A stretch of DNA of 64,000 nucleotides, taken from positions 277,264,001 to 277,328,000 of the forward strand of contig OZ024743.1 in assembly GCA_964016885.1 (NCBI GenBank), read 5' to 3'. Position 1 is the first letter of the stretch. Each line of letters begins with the position of its first letter. Source of the DNA: Eledone cirrhosa. Lineage: Eukaryota. The notes under the pieces were generated by a model that saw only the letters and a program-made list of their open reading frames with translations, was not told the origin of the DNA and searched no databases. This document shows positions 35,601-46,030 of this stretch, piece by piece. Position numbers and translations under genes: made by a program.

Positions 35601-38600
35601 GTTATGGTGGTTGTGATTGGCGTTGTGGTGGTTGTGGTTGGCATTGTGGTGGTTGTGGTTGGCGTTGTGGTTGTTGTGGTTGGCGTTGTGGTTATTATGG
35701 ATGGCGTTGTGGTTGTTGTGGTTGGCGTTGTGGTGGTTGTGGTTGGCGTTGTGGTGGTTGTGGTTGGCGTTGGGGTTGTTGTGGTTTGCGTTGTGGTGCT
35801 GGTGGTTGGAGTTGTGGTGGTTGTGGTTGGCGTTGTGGTGGTTGTGGTTGGCGTTGTGGTGGTTGTGGTTGGCGTTGTGGTGGTTGTGGTTGGCGTTGTG
35901 GTTGTTGTGGTTGGCGTTGTGGTGGTTGTGGTTGGCGTTATGGTAGTTGTGGTTGGCGTTGTGGTGGTTGTGGTTGGGGTTGTGGTTGTTGTTGTTGGCG
36001 TTGTGGTGGTTGTGGTTGGTGGTTTTGGTGGTTGTGGTTGGCGTTGTGGTGGTTGTGGTTGGCGTTGTGGTGGTTGTGGTTGGCGTGGTGGTTGTATGTG
36101 GTTGGCGTTGTGGTGGTTGTGGTTGGCGTTGTCGTTGTTGTGGTTGGAGTTGTGGTGGTTGTGATTGGCGTTGTGGTGGTTGTGGTTGGCGTTTGCCCGG
36201 TTGTGGTTGGAGTTGTGGTGGTTGTGGTTGGCGTTGTCGTTGTTGTGGTTGGAGTTGTGGTGGTTGTGATTGGCGTTGTGGTGGTTGTGGTTGGCGTTTG
36301 CCCGGTTGTGGTTGGAGTTGTGGTGGTAGTGGTTGGCGTTGTGGTTGTTGTGGTTGGAGTTGTGGTGGTTGTGGTTGGCGTTGTGGTGGTTGTGGTTGGC
36401 GTTGTGGTGGTTGTGGTTGGCGTTGTGGTGGTTGTGGTTGGCGTTGTGGTGGTTGTGGTTGCCGTTGTGGTTGGCGTTGTGGTGGTTGTGCTTGGAGTTG
36501 TGGTGGTTGTGTTTGGCGTTGTGGTGGTTGTGGTTGGCGTTGTGGTGGTTGTGGTTGGCGTTTGCCCGGTGGTGGTTGACGTTGAGGTGGTTGTGGTTGG
36601 AGTTGTGGTGCTTGTGGTTGGCGTTGTGGTGGTTGTGGTTGGCGTTGTGGTGGTTGTGGTTGGCGTTGTGGTCGTTGTGGTTGGCGTTGTGGTGGTTGTG
36701 GTTGGCGTTATGGTTGCTGTGGTTGGCGTTGTGGTGGCTGTGGTTGGCGTTGTGGTTGTTGTGTTTGGCGTTGTGGTTGTTGTGGTTGGCGTTGTGGTTG
36801 TTGTGGTTGGCGTTGTGGTGGTTGTGGTTGGCGTTGTGGTGGTTGTGGTTGGCGTTGTGTTGGTTGTGGTTGGCGTTGTGGTGGTTGTGGTTGGCCTTGC
36901 GGTGGTTGTGGTTGAAGTTGTGGTGGTTGTGGTTGGCGTTGTGGTTGTTGTGGTTGGCGTTGTGGTGGTTGTGGTTGGCGTTGTGGTTGGCGTTGTGGTG
37001 GTTGTGGTTGGCGTTGTGGTTGGAGTCGTGGTGGTTGTGGTTGGAGTTGTGGTGGTTGTGGTTGGCGTTGTGGTAGTTGTGGTTGGCGTTGTGGTGGTTG
37101 TGGTTGGCGTTGTGGTTGTTGTGGTTGGCGTTATGGTTGTTGTGGTTGGCGTTGTGGTGGTTGTGGTTGGCGTTGTGGTGGTTGTGGTTGGCGTTGTGGT
37201 TGTTGTGGTTGGCGTTGTGGTTGTTGTGGTTGGCGTTGTGGTGGTTGTGGTTGGAGTTGTGGTGGTTGGCGTTGTGGTTGTTGTGGTTGATGTTGTGGTG
37301 GTTATGGATGGCGTTGTGGTTGTTGTGGTTGGCGTTGTGGTGGTTGGCGTTGTGGTTGTTGTGGTTGGCGTTGTAGTGGTTGTGGTTGAAGTTGTGGTGG
37401 TTGTGTTTGGCGTTGTGGTGGTTGTGGTTGGCGTTGTGGTGGTTGTGGTTGGCGTTGTGGTGGTTGTGGTTGCCGTTGTGGTTGGCGTTGTGGTGGTTGT
37501 GGTTGGAGTTGTGGTGGTTGTGGTTGGCGTTGAGGTGGTTGTGGTTGGAGTTGTGGTGCTTGTGGTTGGCGTTGTGGTGGTTGTGGTTGGCGTTGTGGTG
37601 GTTGTGGTTGGCGTTGTGGTGGTTGTGGTTGGCGTTGTGGTGGTTGTGGTTGGCGTTATGGTTGTTGTGGTTGGCGTTGTGGTGGCTGTGGTTGGCGTTG
37701 TGGTTGTTGTCTTTGGCGTTGTGGTTGTTGTGGTTGGCGTTGTGGTTGTTGTGGTTGGCGTTGTGGTGGTTGTGGTTGGCGTTGTGGTGGTTGTGGTTGG
37801 CGTTGTGTTGGTTGTGGTTGGTGTTGTGGTGGTTGTGGTTGGCCATGTGGTGGTTGTGGTTGAAGTTGTGGTGGTTGTGGTTGCCGTTGTGGTTGGCGTT
37901 GTGGTGGTTGTGGTTGGAGTTGTGGTGGTTGTGGTTGGCTTTGTGGTGGATGTGGTTGGAGTTGTGGGGGTTGTGGTTGGCGTTGTGGTAGTTGTGGTTG
38001 GCGTTGAGGTGGTTGTGGTTGGAGTTGTTGTGGTTGTGGTTGGCGTTGTGGTTGTTGTGGTTGGCGTTATGGTTGTTGTGGTTGGCGTTGTGGTGGTTGT
38101 GGTTGGCGTTGTGGTGGTTGTGGTTGGCGTTGTGGTTGTTGTGGTTGGCGTTGTGGTTGTTGTGGTTGGCGTTGTGGTGGTTGTGGTTGGAGTTGTGGTG
38201 GTTGGCGTTGTGGTTGTTGTGGTTGATGTTGTGGTGGTTATGGATGGCGTTGTGGTTGTTGTGGTTGGCGTTGTGGTGGTTGTGGTTGGCGTTGTGGTGG
38301 TTGTGGTTAGCGTTGTGGTTGTTGTGGTTGGTGTTGTGGTGGTTGTGGTTGGAGTTGTGGTGGTTGTGGTTGGCGTTGTGGTTGTTGTGGTTGGCGTTGT
38401 GGTGGTTGTGGTTGGAGTTGTGGTGGTTGGCGTTGTGGTTGTTGTGGTTGATGTTGTGGTGGTTATGGATGGCGTTGTGGTTGTTGTGGTTGGCGTTGTG
38501 GTGGTTGTGGTTGGCGTTGTGGTGGTTGTGGTTAGCGTTGTGGTTGTTGTGGTTGGTGTTGTGGTGGTTGTGGTTGGAGTTGTGGTGGTTGTGGTTGGCG

Positions 38601-40406
38601 TTGTGGTTGTTGTGGTTGGCGTTGTGGTGGTTGTGGTTGGAGTTGTGGTTGTTTTGATTGGCGTTATGGTGGTTGTGATTGGCGTTGTGGTGGTTGTGGT
38701 TGGCATTGTGGTGGTTGTGGTTGGCGTTGTGGTTGTTGTGGTTGGCGTTGTGGTTATTATGGATGGCGTTGTGGTTGTTGTGGTTGGCGTTGTGGTGGTT
38801 GTGGTTGGCGTTGTGGTGGTTGTGGTTGGCGTTGGGGTTGTTGTGGTTTGCGTTGTGGTGCTGGTGGTTGGAGTTGTGGTGGTTGTGGTTGGCGTTGTGG
38901 TGGTTGTGGTTGGCGTGGTGGTTGTATGTGGTTGGCGTTGTGGTGGTTGTGGTTGGCGTTTGCCCGGTTGTGGTTGGAGTTGTGGTGGTAGTGGTTGGCG
39001 TTGTGGTTGTTGTGGTTGGAGTTGTGGTGGTTGTGGTTGGCGTTGTGGTGGTTGTGGTTGGCCTTGTGGTGGTTGTGGTTGGCGTTGTGGTGGTTGTGGT
39101 TGGCGTTGTGGTGGTTGTGGTTGCCGTTGTGGTTGGCGTTGTGGTGGTTGTGCTTGGAGTTGTGGTGGTTGTGTTTGGCGTTGTGGTGGTTGTGGTTGGC
39201 GTTGTGGTGGTTGTGGTTGGCGTTTGCCCGGTGGTGGTTGCCGTTGAGGTGGTTGTGTTTGGAGTTGTGGTGCTTGTGGTTGGCGTTGTGGTGGTTGTGG
39301 TTGGCGTTGTGGTGGTTGTGGTTGGCGTTGTGGTGGTTGTGGTTGGCGTTGTGGTGGTTGTGGTTGGCGTTATGGTTGTTGTGGTTGGCGTTGTGGTGGC
39401 TGTGGTTGGCGTTGTGGTTGTTGTGTTTGGCGTTGTGGTTGTTGTGGTTGGCGTTGTGGTTGTTGTGGTTGGCGTTGTGGTGGTTGTGGTTGGCGTTGTG
39501 GTGGTTGTGGTTGGCGTTGTGTTGGTTGTGGTTGGCGTTGTGGTGGTTGTGATTGGCGTTGTGGTGGTTGTGGTTGGCGTTGTGGTGGTTGTGGTTGGCG
39601 TTGTGGTGGTTGTGGTTGCCGTTGTGATTGGCGTTGTGGTGGTTGTGGTTGGAGTTGTGGTGGTTGTGGTTGGCGTTGTGGTGGTTGTGGTTGGAGTTGT
39701 GGTGGTTGTGGTTGGCGTTGTGGTAGTTGTGGTTGGCGTTGTGGTGGTTGTGGTTGGCGTTGTGGTGGTTGTGGTTGGCGTTGTGGATGTTGTGGTTGGC
39801 GTTATGGTTGTTGTGGTTGGCCTTGTGGTGGTTGTGGTTGGCGTTGTGGTGGTTGTGGTTGGCGATGTGGTTGTTGTGGTTGGCGTTGTGGTTGTTGTGG
39901 TTGGCGTTGTGGTGATTGTGGTTGGAGTTGTGGTGGTTGTGGTTGGCGTTGTGGTTGTTGTGGTTGGCGTTGTGGTGGTTGTAGTTGGAGTTGTGGTTGT
40001 TTTGGTTGGCGTTATGGTGGTTGTGATTGGCGTTGTGGTGGTTGTGGTTGGCGTTGTGGTGGTTGTATTTGGCGTTGTGGTTGTTGTGGTTGGCGTTGTG
40101 GTTATTATGGATGGCGTTGTGCTTGTTGTGGTTGGCGTTGTGGTGGATGTGGTTGGCGTTGTGGTGGTTGTGGTTGGCGTTGGGGTTGTTGTGGTGTGCG
40201 TTGTGGTGCTGGTGGTTGGAGTTGTGGTGGTTGTGGTTGGCGTTGTGGTGGTTGTGGTTGGCGTTGTGGTGGTTGTGGTTGGCGTTGTGGTTGTTGTGGT
40301 TGGCGTTGTGGTGGTTGTGGTTGGCGTTATGGTAGTTGTGGTTGGCGTTGTGGTGGTTGTGGTTGGGGTTGTGGTTGTTGTTGTTGGCGTTGTGGTGGTT
40401 GTGGTT

Positions 40407-40747
40407 GGCGTGGTGGTTTTATGTGGTTGGCGTTGTGGTGGTTCTGGTTGGCGTTGTGGTTGTTGTGGTTGGCGTTGTAGTGGTTGTGGTTGGTGGTTTT
40501 GGTGGTTGTGGTTGGCGTTGTGGTGGTTGTGGTTGGCGTTGTGGTTGTTGTGGTTGGCGTTGTGGTGGTTGTGGTTGGTGGTTTTGGTGGTTGTGGTTGG
40601 CGTTGTGGTGGTTGTGGTTGGCGTTGTGGTTGTTGTGGTTGGCGTTGTGGTGGTTGTGGTTGGTGGTTTTGGTGGTTGTGGTTGGCGTTGTGGTGGTTGT
40701 GGTTGGCGTTGTAGTGGTTGTGGTTGGCGTGGTGGTTTTATGTGGTT
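40407..40747. repeat. Cluster of five 22-bp monomers including an 85-bp triplication
   Basis: GGTGGTTTTGGTGGTTGTGGTT at 40492, 40577 and 40662; GGCGTGGTGGTTTTATGTGGTT at 40407 and 40726. Confidence 0.9.
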
Positions 40748-43625
40748 GGCGTTGTGGTGGTTGTGGTTGGCGTTGTGGTTGTTGTGGTTGGCGTTTGCCC
40801 GGTTGTGGTTGGAGTTGTGGTGGTTGTGGTTGGCATTGTCGTTGATGTGGTTGGAGTTGTGGTGGTTGTGGTTGGCGTTGTGGTGGTTGTGGTTGGCGTT
40901 TGCCCGGTTGTGGTTGGAGTTGTGGTGGTTGTGGTTGGCGTTGTGGTTGTTGTGGTTGGAGTTGTGGTGGTTGTGGTTGGCGTTGTGGTGGTTGTGGTTG
41001 GCGTTGTGGTGGTTGTGGTTGGCGTTGTGGTTGTTGTGGTTGGAGTTGTGGTGGTTGTGGTTGGCGTTGTGGTGGTTGTTGTGGTTGGAGTTGTGGTGGT
41101 TGTGGTTGGCGTTGTGGTGGTTGTGGTTGGCGTTGTGGTTGTTGTGGTTGCCGTTGTGGTTGCCGTTGTGGTGGTTGTGGTTGGAGTTTTGGTGGTTGTG
41201 GTTGGCGTTGTGGTGGTTGTGGTTGGCGTTGTGGTGGTTGTGGTTGGCGTTGTGGTGGTTGTGGTTGGCGTTGTGGTGGTTGTGGTTGCCGTTGTGGTTG
41301 GCGTTGTGGTGGTTGTGGTTGGAGTTGTGGTGGTTGTGGTTGGCGTTGTGGTGGTTGTGGTTGGAGTTGTGGTGGTTGTGGTTGGCGTTGTGGTGGTTGT
41401 GGTTGGCGTTGTGGTGGTTGTGGTTGGAGTTGTGGTGGTTGTGGTTGGCGTTGTGGTGGTTGTGGTTGGCGTTGTGGTGGTTGTGGTTGGCGTTGTGGTG
41501 GTTGTGGTTGGCGTTTTGGTTGTTGTGGTTGGCGTTACGGTTGTTGTGGTTGGCGTTGTGGTGGTTGTGGTTGGCGTTGTGGTGGTTGTGGTTGGCGTTG
41601 TGGTGGTTGTGGTTGGCGTTGTGGTGGTTGTGGTTGCCGTTGTGGTTGGCGTTGTGGTGGTTGTGGTTGGCATCGTGGTGGTTGTGGTTGGCGTTGTGGT
41701 GGTTGGGGTTGGCGTTGTGGTGGTTGTGGTTGGCGTTATGGTTGTTGTGATTGGCGTTGTGGTGGTTGTGGTTGGCGTTGTGGTGGTTGTGGTTGGCGTT
41801 GTGGTGGTTGTGGTTGGCGTTGTGGTTGTTGTGGATGGCGTTATGGTTGTTGTGGTTGGCGTTGTGGTGGTTGTGGTTGGCGTTGTGGTGGTAGTGGTTG
41901 GCGTTGTGGTTGTTGTTGTTGGCGTTGTGGTTGTTGTGGTTGGCGTTGTGGTGGTTGTGGTTGGAGTTGTGGTGGTTGTGGTTGGCGTTGTGGTTGTTGT
42001 GGTTGACGTTGTGGTTGTTATGGATGGCGTTGAGGTTGTTGTGGTTGGCGTTGTGGTGGTTGTGGTTGGGGTTGTGGTGGTTGTGGTTGGCGTTGTGGTG
42101 GTTGTGGTTGGCGTTGTGGTGGTTGTGGTTGGAGTTGTGGTGGTTGTGGTTGGCGTTGTGGTTGTTGTGGTTGGCGTTGTGGTGGTTGTGGTTGGAGTTG
42201 TGGTTGTTGTCGTTGGCGTTATGCTGGTTGTGATTGGCGTTGTGGTGGTTGTGGTTGGCGTTGTGGTCGTTGTGGTTGGCGTTGTGGTTGTTGTGGTTGG
42301 CGTTGTGGTTGTTATGGATGGCGTTGTGGTTGTTGTGGTTGGCGTTGTGGTGGTTGTGGTTGGCGTTGTGGTTGTTGTGGTTGGCGTTGTGGTGCTGGTG
42401 GTTGGAGTTGTGGTGGTTGTGGTTGGCGTTGTGGTTGTTGTGGTTGGCCATGTGGTGGTTGTGGTTGGCGTTGTGGTGGTTGTGGTTGGCGTTGTGGTGG
42501 TTGTGGTTGGCGTTGTGGTTGTTGAGGTTGGCGTTGTGGTGGTTGTGGTTGGCGTTGTGGTAGTTGTGGTTGGCGTTGTGGTGGTTGTGGTTGGCGTTGT
42601 GGTTGTTGTGGTTGGCGTTGTGGTGGTTGTGGTTGGTGGTTTTGGTGGTTGTGGTTGCCGTTGTGGTTGGCGTTGTGGTGGTTGTGGTTGGAGTTGTGGT
42701 GGTTGTGGTTGGCGTTGTGTTGGTTGTGGTTGGCGTTGTGGTGGTTGTGGTTGGCGTTGTGGTGGTTGTGGTTGGCGTTGTGGTGGTTGTGGTTGGCGTT
42801 GTGGTGGATGTGGTTGGCGTTAAGGTTGTTGTGGTTGGCGTTATGGTTGTTGTGGTTGGCGTTGTGGTGGTTGTGGTTGGCGTTGTGGTTGTTGTGGTTG
42901 GCGTTGTGGTTGTTGTGGTTGGCGTTGTGGTGGTTGTGGTTGGAGTTGTGGTGGTTGTGGTTGGCGTTGTGGTTGTTGTGGTTGGCGTTGTGGTGGTTGT
43001 GGTTGGCGTTGTGGTGGTTGTGGTTGGCGTTGTGGTGGTTGTGGTGGGCGTTGTGGTGGTTGTGGTTGCCGTTGTGGTTGGCGTTGTGGTGGTTGTGGTT
43101 GGCGTTGTGGTGGTTGTGGTTGGCGTTGTGGTGGTTGTGGTTGGCGCTGTGGTGGTTGTGGTTGGCGTTATGGTTGTTGTGGTTGGCGTTGTGGTTGTTG
43201 TGGTTGGCGTTGTGGTGGTTGTGGTTGGCGTTGTGGTCGTTGTGGTTGGCGTTGTGGTTGTTGTGGTTGGCGTTATGGTTGTTGTGGTTGGCGTTGTGGT
43301 GGTTGTGGTTGGCGTTGTGGTGGTTGTGGTTGGGGTTGTGGTGGTTGTGGTTGGCGTTGTGGTGGTTGTGGTTGGCGTTATGGTTGTTGTGGTTGGCGTT
43401 GTGGTGGTTGTGGTTGGCGTTGTGGTGGTTGTGGTGTGCGTTGTGGTGGTTGTGGTTGGCGTTGTGGTTGTTGTGGTTGGCGTTATGGTTGTTGTGGTTG
43501 GCGTTGTGGTGGTTGTGGTTGGCGTTGTGGTGGTAGTGGTTGGCGTTGTGGTTGTTGTGGTTGGCGTTGTGGTTGTTGTGGTTGGCGTTGTGGTGGTTGT
43601 GGTTGGAGTTGTGGTGGTTGTGGTT

Positions 43626-44050
43626 GGTGTTACGTTGGTTGTGGTTGGCGTTGTGGTTGACGTGGTTGGCGTTGTGGTGGTTGTGGTTGGCGTTGTGGTG
43701 GTTGTGGTTGGCGTTGTGGTGGTTGCGGTTGGTGTTGTGGTGGTTGTGGTTGGCGTTGTGGTGTCGTGGTTGGCGTTGTGGTTGTTGTGGTTGGTGTTGT
43801 GGTGGTTGTGGTTGGTGATGTGGTGGTTGTGGTTGGCGTTGTGGTATTCTGGTTGGCGTTGTTGTGTTTGTGGTTGGCGTTGTGGTTGTTGTGGTTGGTG
43901 TTGTGGTGGTTGTGGTTGGCATTGTGGTGGCTGTTGTTGGCGTTGTGGTGGTTGTGGTTGGCGTTGTGGTTGTTGTGGTTGGCGTTGTGGTTGTTGTTGT
44001 TGGCGTTATGGTGGTTGTGGTTGGCGTTGTGGTGGTTGATGTTGGCGTTG
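43626..44050. repeat. Diverged cassette of about 420 bp, three copies (about 43626, 47372, 49599)
   Basis: Ordered variants GGTGTTACGTTGG, GACGTGG, GTTGCGGTT, GGTGATGTGG, 20-bp GGCGTTGTGGTATTCTGGTT and GGCATTGTGGTGGCTG. ORFs 47376..47669 and 49603..49896 give identical translations (offset 2227). Confidence 0.85.
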
Positions 44051-44719
44051 TGGTGGTTGTGGTTGGCGTTGTGGTTGTTGTGGTTGGCGTTATGCTGGTT
44101 GTGATTGGCGTTGAGGTGTTTGTGGTTGGCGTTGTGGTGGTTGTGGTTGGCGTTGTGGTTGTTGTGGTTGGCGTTGTGGTTGTTATGGATGGCGTTGTGG
44201 TTGTTGTGGTTGGCGTTGTGGTGGTTGTGGTTGGCGTTGTGGTGGTTGTGGTTGGCGTTGTGGTTGTTGTGGTTGGCGTTGTGGTGCTGGTTGTTGGAGT
44301 TGTGGTGGTTGTGGTTGGCGTTGTGGTTGTTGTGGTTGGCGTTGTGGTGGTTGTGGTTGGCGTTGTGGTGGTTGTGGTTGGCGTTGTGGTGGTTGTGGTT
44401 GGCGTTGTGGTTGTTGAGGTTGGCGTTGTGGTGGTTGTGGTTGGCGTTGTGGTAGTTGTGGTTGGCGTTGTGGTGGTTGTGGTTGGCGTTGTGGTTGTTG
44501 TGGTTGGCGTTGTGGTGGTTGTGGTTGGTGGTTTTGGTGGTTGTGCTTGCCGTTGTGGTTGGCGTTGTGGTGGTTGTGGTTGGAGTTGTGGTGGTTGTGG
44601 TTGGCGTTGTGTTGGTTGTGGTTGGCGTTGTGGTGGTTGTGTTTGGCGTTGTGGTGGTAGTGGTTGGCGTTGTGGTGGTTGTGGTTGCCGTTGTGGTTGG
44701 CGTTGTGGTGGTTGTGGTT

Positions 44720-46030
44720 GGAGTTGTGGTGGTTGTGGTTGGCGTTGTGGTGGTTGTGGTTGGCGTTGTGGTGGTTGTGGTTGGCGTTGTGGTGGTTGTG
44801 GCTGTCGTTGTGGTTGGCGTTGTGGTGGTTGTGGTTGGAGTTGTGGTGGTTGTGGTTGGCGTTGTGGTGGTTGTGGTTGGAGTTGTGGTGGTTGTGGTTG
44901 GCGTTGTGGTGGTTGTGGTTGGCGTTGTGGTGGTTGTGGTTGGCGTTGTGGTGGATGTGGTTGGCGTTGAGGTTGTTGTGGTTGGCGTTATGGTTGTTGT
45001 GGTTGGCGTTGTGGTGGTTGTGGTTGGGGTTGTGGTGGTTGTGGTTGGCGTTGTGGTTGTTGTGGTTGGCGTTGTGGTGGTTGTGGTTGGCGTTGTGGTG
45101 GTTGTGGTTGGCGTTGTGGTGGTTGTGGTGGGCGTTGTGGTGGTTGTGGTTGCCGTTGTGGTTGGCGTTGTGGTGGTTGTGGTTGGCGTTGTGGTGGTTG
45201 TGGTTGGCGTTGTGGGGGTTGTGGTTGGCGTTGTGGTGGTTGTGGTTGGCGTTATGGTTGTTGTGGTTGGCGTTGTGGTGGTTGTGGTTGGCGTTGTGGT
45301 GGTTGTGGTTGGCGTTGTGGTGGTTGTGGTTGGCGTTGTGGTTGTTGTGGTTGGCGTTATGGTTGTTGTGGTTGGAGTTGTGGTGGTTGTGGTTGGCGTT
45401 GTGGTGGTTGTGGTTGGCGTTGTGGTGGTTGTGGTTGGCGTTGTGGTGGTTGTGGCTGTCGTTGTGGTTGGCGTTGTGGTGGTTGTGGTTGGAGTTGTGG
45501 TGGTTGTGGTTGGCGTTGTGGTGGTTGTGGTTGGAGTTGTGGTGGTTGTGGTTGGCGTTGTGGTGGTTGTGGTTGGCGTTGTGGTGGTTGTGGTTGGCGT
45601 TGTGGTGGATGTGGTTGGCGTTGAGGTTGTTGTGGTTGGCGTTATGGTTGTTGTGGTTGGCGTTGTGGTGGTTGTGGTTGGGGTTGTGGTGGTTGTGGTT
45701 GGCGTTGTGGTTGTTGTGGTTGGCGTTGTGGTGGTTGTGGTTGGCGTTGTGGTGGTTGTGGTTGGCGTTGTGGTGGTTGTGGTGGGCGTTGTGGTGGTTG
45801 TGGTTGCCGTTGTGGTTGGCGTTGTGGTGGTTGTGGTTGGCGTTGTGGTGGTTGTGGTTGGCGTTGTGGGGGTTGTGGTTGGCGTTGTGGTGGTTGTGGT
45901 TGGCGTTATGGTTGTTGTGGTTGGCGTTGTGGTGGTTGTGGTTGGCGTTGTGGTGGTTGTGGTTGGCGTTGTGGTGGTTGTGGTTGGCGTTGTGGTTGTT
46001 GTGGTTGGCGTTATGGTTGTTGTGGTTGGC
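44720..46030. repeat. 654-bp in-frame tandem duplication
   Basis: GCTGTCGTTG at 44801/45455; the A of GTGGATGTGG at 44955/45609. Confidence 0.85.
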
